Origin: a virus
Virus record (IMG/VR): IMGVR_UViG_3300037010_003037
Span: 1 to 64,000 of that record
Reading direction: 5' to 3' (one strand)
DNA: 64,000 nt
Below the pieces are notes generated by a model. The model made no database searches and was not told where the DNA came from. It saw only the letters and a program-made list of their open reading frames with translations. The position numbers were made by a program, and so were the translations under genes. Below, piece after piece: positions 1 to 6,864 of the stretch (positions are counted from its first letter, which is position 1; every line of letters starts with the position of its first letter).

Positions 1-889
1 AGCTAGTACACCAGTAGCAGATCAATCAACTAGTACAGATCAATCAGCTAGTACAGATCAATCAGCTAGTACACCAGTAGCAGATCAATCAGCTAGTACA
101 GATCAATCAGCTAGTACAGATCAATCAGCTAGTACACCAGTAGCAGATCAATCAGCTAGTACACCAGTAGCAGATCAATCAACTAGTACAGATCAATCAG
201 CTAGTACAGATCAATCAGCTAGTACACCAGTAGCAGATCAATCAGCTAGTACAGATCAATCAGCTAGTACAGATCAATCAACTAGTACAGATCAATCAGC
301 TAGTACAGATCAATCAGCTAGTACACCAGTAGCAGATCAATCAGCTAGTACAGATCAATCAGCTAGTACACCAGTAGCAGATCAATCAGCTAGTACACCA
401 GTAGCAGATCAATCAGCTAGTACACCAGTAGCAGATCAATCAGCTAGTACAGATCAATCAGCTAGTACACCAGTAGCAGATCAATCAGCTAGTACACCAG
501 CTAGTACAGATCAACCAGCTAGTACACCAGCTAGTACACCAGTAGCAGATCAATCAGCTAGTACACCAGCTAGTACACCAGCTAGTACACCAGCTAGTAC
601 AGATCAACCAGCTAGTACACCAGCTAGTACACCAGCTAGTACACCAGCTAGTACAGATCAACCAGCTAGTACACCAGCTAGTACAGATCAACCAGCTAGT
701 ACACCAGCTAGTACAGATCAACCAGCTAGTACACCAGCTAGTACACCAGCTAGTACACCAGCTAGTACAGATCAACCAGCTAGTACACCAGCTAGTACAC
801 CAGCTAGTACACCAGCTAGTACAGATCAACCAGCTAGTACACCAGCTAGTACACCAGCTAGTACACCAGCTAGTACAGATCAACCAGCT
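1..889 (+). repeat. Composite tandem repeat of 12-nt (ccagctagtaca), 18-nt (gctagtacagatcaatca) and 27-nt (gctagtacaccagtagcagatcaatca) units
   Basis: Directly visible; near-identical units with no unique spacers. Confidence 0.97.
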
Positions 890-904
890 GAAAAAGGAAA
901 CTAA
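2..904 (+). CDS. 5'-truncated CDS: C-terminal Ser/Thr/Pro/Ala-rich repeat region (ASTPVADQS / ASTDQS / PAST), ending ...DQPAEKGN*
   Basis: Frame +2 is open from the window edge to TAA at 902-904. All repeat units are multiples of 3 nt, and a terminator follows. Missing from the ORF track because the start lies outside the window. Confidence 0.75.
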   Translation, partial: ASTPVADQSTSTDQSASTDQSASTPVADQSASTDQSASTDQSASTPVADQSASTPVADQSTSTDQSASTDQSASTPVADQSASTDQSASTDQSTSTDQSASTDQSASTPVADQSASTDQSASTPVADQSASTPVADQSASTPVADQSASTDQSASTPVADQSASTPASTDQPASTPASTPVADQSASTPASTPASTPASTDQPASTPASTPASTPASTDQPASTPASTDQPASTPASTDQPASTPASTPASTPASTDQPASTPASTPASTPASTDQPASTPASTPASTPASTDQPAEKGN

Positions 905-1024
905 GACAGATCAATTAGTTGTAAAAACTAAAGTAAAAATGTGATATTTCCAGCACTAAAAAGAAATATCAATACAAAAAGACTTTAAAGAAAATCTTAA
1001 AACCTAATTTAGTAATCTTTAATT

Positions 1025-1056
1025 GAAAAAGGGATTTAATTTTAAATCCCTTTTTC
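1025..1056. terminator. Bidirectional intrinsic terminator between convergent genes
   Basis: gaaaaagggattta...taaatccctttttc inverted repeat with A- and T-tracts. Confidence 0.8.
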
Positions 1057-1058
1057 TT

Positions 1059-1793
1059 TTATTTCATTTTTGATACATTCATAAATGTTATTTTTATAGG
1101 TAGAAGATTTACAGCTGGATTAATCTCTTGAAGATGTGATATTGTGCTTATGTAATTCGGTAATGTTGTTGTTTCAATTCTAGTATTAGGTAAAATAAAC
1201 GTGTAAGCTTCACCTGTTTGCGGAACAAGAATCACCTTATAGAGATATGACGGAATATTAGTCCCATCAAAAAGCTTTCTAGGGTTGTTTGAAAATATTG
1301 GACCAGTGATTATGTAAACTTTACCACGAGAAAGAGTTAAATTTCTAACATAATTTTCAAGAGCACGCCAAATACCTCTATTATTTGCTGAATTTTGAGC
1401 AACCATATTAGTCATAAAAAAGCTTTCAGACGCTGAAACTGGATTATCATTAACGTCTTCGAATGGAACCATGTGTCCTTTATCAAACTCAGTTCCAATA
1501 AATGCTTTAACAGACGCTTGTTGGTCTGGTTTAATAACAGGATCTGGTCTAAATGCATCTACTCGTGGTACTCTATTTTTTGATACTACGTTGTCTGATG
1601 TTAAAACTTCAGCAACCCAGAGTGGAGCCTTTCTTCCAACTGAATACCCAATTACAAAGCGAGTATGACAAATAATAACAGATTGTTCGGACGTTGTTGG
1701 AAATACCCCACCAACAACCATGTCGTTACAGTGTTGAGCGAATGTCAGTGATGTAAATAAAAAGATACTTAATGCTGTTATAAATCTCTTCAT
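1059..1793 (-). CDS. DNA/RNA non-specific endonuclease (NucA/EndoG-type, His-Me finger) with signal peptide
   Basis: FDKGHMVP (DRGH-like), ESFFMTNMVAQ..NRGIWRALE, VYIITGPIF and IPSYLYKVI motifs; N-terminus MKRFITALSIFLFTSLTFA; late-type TAAATA on the minus strand at 1827-1832. Confidence 0.92.
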   Translation of the reverse strand: MKRFITALSIFLFTSLTFAQHCNDMVVGGVFPTTSEQSVIICHTRFVIGYSVGRKAPLWVAEVLTSDNVVSKNRVPRVDAFRPDPVIKPDQQASVKAFIGTEFDKGHMVPFEDVNDNPVSASESFFMTNMVAQNSANNRGIWRALENYVRNLTLSRGKVYIITGPIFSNNPRKLFDGTNIPSYLYKVILVPQTGEAYTFILPNTRIETTTLPNYISTISHLQEINPAVNLLPIKITFMNVSKMK

Positions 1794-1902
1794 ATGGTTA
1801 GTTCTCCTATAATAATGATGTATTATTATTTATCGTGCAGTATTATTTTTGAACTATAAAGAAGCGGTATTTTAAAATGCAAAAATATGCGCCAACATGA
1901 AG

Positions 1903-1931
1903 TTTACAAACGCCATGTTGGATGATATAAT
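1903..1931 (+). promoter_or_regulatory. Early (sigma70-type) promoter
   Basis: gTTTACA (1903-1908), 17-nt spacer, TGn, TATAAT (1926-1931). Confidence 0.8.
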
Positions 1932-1967
1932 AAAAACTAAATTTTAACAACTACGTGGGAGGATAAA

Positions 1968-2117
1968 TTGTACGTTAGTATTGATCTAATAAATGGTGTA
2001 TCATTAGGTATAGAATATATCCCTGTAGTGGAATATGGGGTAACTGTTAACACACTCGTCATTGATTTTGTAATTATTCGATTACGTTTTCAATGGCCAT
2101 CTACGCATGAAATTTGA
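1968..2117 (+). CDS. Small hypothetical protein, 49 aa (MYVSIDLINGVSLGIEY...)
   Basis: GGAGG RBS followed by a TTG start, just downstream of the promoter; below the ORF-track size cutoff. Confidence 0.65.
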   Translation: MYVSIDLINGVSLGIEYIPVVEYGVTVNTLVIDFVIIRLRFQWPSTHEI

Positions 2118-2144
2118 TAAGATGTAAAATACAAGGAAAATGAA

Positions 2145-2735
2145 ATGGCACATATTCTTCAGCTTGATTCACAAGGACAACCAAATGCATGGATTACATG
2201 GCAGGATGCTGTCATCTATCACGCAAAAGGATTAGTTTCTTGGACGGCAGGTGAAGTAGAAACTGTTGTTCGTGGTGGATATAATAGAATTACTGGTGAA
2301 CAGTCTATTATTCGTACATCATCAATCATTGCTGTTAAGGGACAGGTATCTAGCAAATGTTGGCATCGCCCACCAATATTGAACAATCGTGAATTGTTCC
2401 GTCGAGATCGTCACATGTGCGCATATTGTGGAGGTGTTTTTAAAGATTCAAATCTTTCTAGAGATCACATTCAACCTCGTTCACGTGGCGGTGCTGATAT
2501 TTGGATGAATGTTGTCACGTGCTGTTATAAGTGCAATCAAAAGAAGGATAACAAAACTCTTGATGAGGCTGGTATGCAGTTGTTATATGCTCCATATGTA
2601 CCAAGCAGAGCAGAACATCTGATACTTGCTAATCGTAACGTACTTTATGACCAAATGGAATTTCTTCTTTCCTTTATTCCTAAGGATAGTCGTATCAGAG
2701 AAACTGTTAAGCACATGTATCCTCAGTTAACATAA
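2145..2735 (+). CDS. HNH endonuclease (McrA/HNH_5-like)
   Basis: LFRRDRHMCAYCG...SRDHIQPRSRGG...WMNVVTCCYKCNQKK zinc-binding HNH signature. Confidence 0.92.
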   Translation: MAHILQLDSQGQPNAWITWQDAVIYHAKGLVSWTAGEVETVVRGGYNRITGEQSIIRTSSIIAVKGQVSSKCWHRPPILNNRELFRRDRHMCAYCGGVFKDSNLSRDHIQPRSRGGADIWMNVVTCCYKCNQKKDNKTLDEAGMQLLYAPYVPSRAEHLILANRNVLYDQMEFLLSFIPKDSRIRETVKHMYPQLT

Positions 2736-2759
2736 CGCACGAATAAAATTTTCTACACA

Positions 2760-3302
2760 ATGAAACAACCATCTGAACGTTTGACCCGCGTGATTGAGTT
2801 GCAAAGAAGAGCATTCTTCTTGAATGCTCTTCTCTCAGCAATTTTATCTTTCGTATCTGTTAATGCAATAGATATACAGAATTTCTTTTTACAAGTAATT
2901 GCGTGGGTTTTTTTAACACGACTCTTTTTAATGCTGCTGAACACTGTTGTGCTTATGATTATTCAGCTAAAAGTGTATCAAGGTGATACAGCCTCTCTTG
3001 TCGAAGATGCTACAGCGTATGCTAAAGCGATCAACACCCCGGTTCCATATCAACCGGGTGCTGAAATGTTAATGATGAAAATTATTAATGTTCCTGATAA
3101 ACCTATTGGTAAATTCATGGATGCAGATATCTATGAGTGGTTAGACCTGGAAGATTCTAATGGCGTAACTAGACATTTTGAATTTGTTGGCACAGTCAAC
3201 ATGGAGAATGGAGAAGTTGCTCCTCAGGGAATGTTAACTCTTCCTCCAGGCCTTATATATGAACCTAAAAGTCAGGTTAATATTCCATCTATAAATACCT
3301 GA
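2760..3302 (+). CDS. Hypothetical membrane protein (two N-terminal TM segments)
   Basis: Hydrophobic stretches at about aa 18-70, followed by a soluble C-terminus. Confidence 0.7.
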   Translation: MKQPSERLTRVIELQRRAFFLNALLSAILSFVSVNAIDIQNFFLQVIAWVFLTRLFLMLLNTVVLMIIQLKVYQGDTASLVEDATAYAKAINTPVPYQPGAEMLMMKIINVPDKPIGKFMDADIYEWLDLEDSNGVTRHFEFVGTVNMENGEVAPQGMLTLPPGLIYEPKSQVNIPSINT

Positions 3303-3344
3303 CAAAATTAACAGTTTACAACATCACCTTGATAGTGTTATAAT
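3290..3344 (+). promoter_or_regulatory. Tandem late (TATAAATA 3290-3297) and early (TTTACA 3315-3320 / TGn-TATAAT 3339-3344) promoters upstream of the Y RNA-Ro60 locus
   Basis: Consensus matches; the predicted early +1 falls near 3350, at the first stem of the putative Y RNA. Confidence 0.75.
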
Positions 3345-3347
3345 ATA

Positions 3348-3417
3348 AATGAAACCGGAGTGAATTAGTTATCACAACTTTAAATTAAATCACTGATTCA
3401 CAAATATTTGTTTCATT
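3348..3417 (+). ncRNA. Candidate minimal Y RNA (Ro60-binding)
   Basis: Terminal stem AAUGAAAC/GUUUCAUU, a CCGGAG...UUUG bulged helix, upper stem GUGAAUUAGU/ACUGAUUCAC and GUUAUC; lies directly upstream of a Ro60 gene. Confidence 0.7.
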
Positions 3418-3434
3418 ATGATTTTGTTCATGTA

Positions 3435-3752
3435 TTAACTCTCTTAACCATGTCTTCTGATCCGGAGCGTGTTGGTTATCAATAACTTTATATCTTTAAA
3501 AGAAGATACTTAAATGTCAGTACGCGTACTTATGTGCGTAGGCTGAATATCCCTAGTGAGAGATTATCACGAATGGTGTCTAGATTACCATCACAGAAAA
3601 TTCTAGATATTGCACATAGAAATGTGTCGATTTACCATATGTTCGTTAACATATGGTGTAGGAAGTGTTGATGATTAACAACAATTAATCATCACATTTC
3701 TGAAAATATCCGACACCAATTTTTGTGAAGAAGATGCAGTTAAGAGAGTTAA
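3435..3752 (+). ncRNA. Candidate large Y RNA (about 320 nt) with a multi-hairpin internal domain
   Basis: Perfect 14-bp closing stem ttaactctcttaac (3435-3448)/gttaagagagttaa (3739-3752); CCGGAG..GUGUUGGUUAUC pairing with CCGACAC..UUUUG; at least six internal hairpins. Confidence 0.72.
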
Positions 3753-3795
3753 AAATTTGCTGCAAACGCAGCCGCCGTAATCAATCAAGGAGAAA

Positions 3796-5409
3796 ATGAT
3801 GTCAAACAATTTTTACGCTAATGTGATGGTGGGTAACTCAGCTGAAGTTACGCCTCAGACAGAAACAATTCCTGGTCGTGAATCAGAAATGGTTAAGAAC
3901 AGTGCTGGTGGGTTCACCTTCCAGCTAGATATGTGGGGCTATTTGGACCGCTTTTTAATCCTTGGTTCTGAAAAACCGTCATATTACGTTACCGCGCAAA
4001 AGTTAACGCTCGACGCGGCAAAGAATGTTCTTGAGTGCATCAAGACCGATGGAATTAGAACAGTAAACCGCATTGTTGAAATCTCACAGAGTGGTCGCGC
4101 ACCGAAGAATGATCCAGCGGTTTTTGCTTTGGCACTTTGTGCTATCAATGGCAATGAAACAACAGTAAAAGCAGCCTATGATGCACTGCCAATGGTGTGC
4201 CGTATTGGTACGCATTTGTTTCAATTTGTCTCTACGCTGGACGTGCTTGGTAAATGGAATGCTGCTGCAAAACGTGGTATTGCAGCGTGGTACACGAAGC
4301 GCGATGAAAACCGTTTAGCCGTTCAGCTTCTAAAGTATCAATCACGAAATGGTTGGTCGCATCGAGATGTTTTGCGCCTTGCGCACATTAAGCCAGCTAA
4401 TGAGCGCCAGTCAAATATGTTCCGCTATGTTGTGAAGGGAGCAGAAAGCCTACAAGAAGGTATGAGTGTTCCTGAGCTGATTACAGCCTATGAGATGCTA
4501 AAGCGTGATCCTTCAAAGAAGAACGCGCTTAAGTTGATTAGTGAATTTAAGGATATCACATGGGAAATGTTGCCAACTGAACTACATCGCGACCGTGATG
4601 TGATGTCTGCTTTGATTCAAAACATGGGCATGACAGCGCTTATTCGCAAGCTCGGTCAGCTAACAAACATTGGAGTGATTAAGCCCATGTCTTCTGATTT
4701 GAAGACCGTAATCACGAAGCTGTCTGACGTTGAAACTATCAAGGCAAGCAGAATTCATCCAATTACAATTTTGAACGCGTTTAACCAGTATAAAAATGGT
4801 AAAGGTGACAAGGGATCACTAACATGGGAACCAGTGCAAAGAGTTCTAGATGCATTGAACGATGCGTTCTATGAATCATTCAACTATATTGAATCTACAG
4901 GACAAGGTCACTTGATTGGGGTTGATTGTTCTGGTTCAATGTTTGGTGCTAATGTCATTGGTGCTAGTAACCTAACAGCAGCTGAGGTTGCTGGTGTTAT
5001 GGCATTGGCTGTGGCAAAACGCGAACCTAATTATTGGATTGGGGGATTCAATACTAAGATGGGTGAGTTAAAGATCACACCATCAATGCGTCTTGACGCG
5101 GTTCTTAATGTTATGCGTCGTTTTTCTTGGGGTGGTACTGACTGCTCTCTGCCAATGTTGCACGCCATTGATAATAAACTTGACGGTGTTGACAAGTTTG
5201 TAGTTATCACTGATAATGAAACATGGGCAGGTAGAGTTCACCCAGTGCAGGCTTTGGGTATGTACCGGAAACGTTACGTTAAAAATGCAAAGCTGATTGT
5301 TTGCGCCACATCTGCAACGAAATTTACGATCGCTGATCCTAAGGATCCTGGGATGTTGGACACTGCAGGATTTGATTCTTCTGTTCCACAGCTAATTCAG
5401 CAATTTTGA
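3796..5409 (+). CDS. rsr: Ro60/Rsr RNA-binding protein (TROVE + vWA domains)
   Basis: NSAGGFTF..LDRFLILGSE..SYY, LKYQSRNGWSHRDVLRLAH, SRIHPITIL, MIDAS VDCSGSM, GGTDCSLPM, ITDNETW and C-terminal IADPKDPGMLDTAGFD. Confidence 0.96.
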   Translation: MMSNNFYANVMVGNSAEVTPQTETIPGRESEMVKNSAGGFTFQLDMWGYLDRFLILGSEKPSYYVTAQKLTLDAAKNVLECIKTDGIRTVNRIVEISQSGRAPKNDPAVFALALCAINGNETTVKAAYDALPMVCRIGTHLFQFVSTLDVLGKWNAAAKRGIAAWYTKRDENRLAVQLLKYQSRNGWSHRDVLRLAHIKPANERQSNMFRYVVKGAESLQEGMSVPELITAYEMLKRDPSKKNALKLISEFKDITWEMLPTELHRDRDVMSALIQNMGMTALIRKLGQLTNIGVIKPMSSDLKTVITKLSDVETIKASRIHPITILNAFNQYKNGKGDKGSLTWEPVQRVLDALNDAFYESFNYIESTGQGHLIGVDCSGSMFGANVIGASNLTAAEVAGVMALAVAKREPNYWIGGFNTKMGELKITPSMRLDAVLNVMRRFSWGGTDCSLPMLHAIDNKLDGVDKFVVITDNETWAGRVHPVQALGMYRKRYVKNAKLIVCATSATKFTIADPKDPGMLDTAGFDSSVPQLIQQF

Positions 5410-5475
5410 TGTACAAATAATTGTACATGATAGGGAGAGTAAAGTATAATAACTTTATCTCCCTTGTTTTTAGAT

Positions 5476-6030
5476 ATGACGAAATTCAACATCATTGCAG
5501 CGGTATCATTGAATGGAGTGATAGGTGATTCAGTCACTAATACCATACCATGGTATTTACCATCTGACCTTAAGCACTTCAAAAATGTTACGCAAAATGG
5601 CACGGTGGTAATGGGTTCTAGAACTTTTCGGAGCATCGGTAAAGTTCTTCCTAATCGGCGAAATGTAGTTATAACCAGAGCACAAGGTGATATAATAAAA
5701 GAGTTGTTGGAGATGGGGGTTAACCAAACATACACGAGCATAAGGGAAGCTATAAAGCATGAATACCCTAATTTTTTCGTGATAGGCGGTCAACATATTT
5801 ACCAAGAGGCTTTTAAAGCTAGACCTTCTAGACTTTATCTAACTATCGTAAAGATAGAAGCTCAAGGTGATGTTATTTTTCCAATAACCGGCAGTATGTT
5901 GTTGAACGATCAGTTTACAACATCTAATAATGTTTTGTACGTTTGTGAAAAACGATCTGAATGGTTTGATGATAATGGAATCCAATTTCAATTCACAGAA
6001 TTTGTGCCCCATGAATGTCGGGCTTACTAA
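5476..6030 (+). CDS. frd: Dihydrofolate reductase
   Basis: IIAAVSLNGVIG, IPWYLPSDLKHFK, VVMGSRTFRSI..LPNRRNVVITR, FVIGGQHIY. ATG 5476 preferred over TTG 5464. Confidence 0.93.
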   Translation: MTKFNIIAAVSLNGVIGDSVTNTIPWYLPSDLKHFKNVTQNGTVVMGSRTFRSIGKVLPNRRNVVITRAQGDIIKELLEMGVNQTYTSIREAIKHEYPNFFVIGGQHIYQEAFKARPSRLYLTIVKIEAQGDVIFPITGSMLLNDQFTTSNNVLYVCEKRSEWFDDNGIQFQFTEFVPHECRAY

Positions 6031-6265
6031 GCTTTCATCTAATAATTACAATTACGTTATCGTTCGTGATTGCGTACTTGAAACACCTGGGGTAACTATT
6101 ATCCTTACACAAGAATTTTCTAACAAGCAAAAGAAATTCTTTTTAGCAGGCGAATGGAGCAACGTTGACAGTCTGTTTAATCACATGAACTCTCTTACTG
6201 ATGATTTGTGTGGTCAATGGTTTAATGAACGACAACCAAAGAAAAAAGATAAAAAGAATGCATAG
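6011..6265 (+). CDS. Hypothetical protein
   Basis: ORF fills the gap; ATG 6011 chosen to minimise overlap with DHFR. Confidence 0.5.
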   Translation: MNVGLTKLSSNNYNYVIVRDCVLETPGVTIILTQEFSNKQKKFFLAGEWSNVDSLFNHMNSLTDDLCGQWFNERQPKKKDKKNA

Positions 6266-6374
6266 TGAAATTTCATAAAGAATGTTCTCTTAATGAGTAC
6301 TACACACTGCCAGATAATAAAACAAATTTGTTTTAGTTAAGAATTATTTTCATTTTATTAACCATAGGATTCTT

Positions 6375-6803
6375 ATGATGTTTGGACGTAAAGGACGTAA
6401 AAAGCTAACTATTGATTCATTTTCTAATCTTGTTGCTGAGGGCACTGAAATCTCTGGTACTGTTAAGTTTATTGGGGTAATCCTTGTCCGTGGCAAGGTT
6501 ACTGGTGATATCATTGCAGGTATCCAAGATTCAGACGCAAAAAAGCAATTAGATTGCATTAGTGTTGCCTCTACAGGTGAGGTAAGTTCGTCTGAAATGT
6601 TTGCAACAAATATCATTATTGAAGGACGGGTTACAGCAAAAAAGATTTGGGCAGAAGATACAATTAAAATTGCAAGCACTGCTATTATTACTGGTGGTGC
6701 GACAATTTATTGCCGTACTATTGAGGTTGAAACTGGAGCTGTATTGGATGATTGTCAAATTAAACATCTTGACAACTGCTCTAATGATGAAAAACCTGAG
6801 TAA
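6375..6803 (+). CDS. Bactofilin (polymer-forming cytoskeletal protein, DUF583/CcmA family)
   Basis: Beta-helical repeats LVAEGTEISGTVKF / ILVRGKVTGDI / IIIEGRVTAKKI / IEVETGAVLD; N-terminal MFGRK resembles the bactofilin membrane-targeting peptide. Confidence 0.85.
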   Translation: MMFGRKGRKKLTIDSFSNLVAEGTEISGTVKFIGVILVRGKVTGDIIAGIQDSDAKKQLDCISVASTGEVSSSEMFATNIIIEGRVTAKKIWAEDTIKIASTAIITGGATIYCRTIEVETGAVLDDCQIKHLDNCSNDEKPE

Positions 6804-6864
6804 TACAATCGCATATGCATAAATAATGCATAGACATACTATCACACATAGGAGAGCGCTCATA

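Noticed and set aside
554-883. Minus-strand ORF of CTSW repeats (Cys/Trp-rich peptide)
   Set aside because: Antisense shadow of the plus-strand repeat; no RBS, whereas the plus frame is open throughout and ends before a terminator.
1-889. Repeat array as a CRISPR array or iteron origin
   Set aside because: No unique spacers and no cas genes; all units are multiples of 3 and keep one reading frame.
3348-3752. tRNA genes or a tRNA-like YrlA module
   Set aside because: No GUUCRANUC T-loop or cloverleaf seen here or elsewhere in the window by eye; tRNAscan-SE would be needed to exclude them formally.
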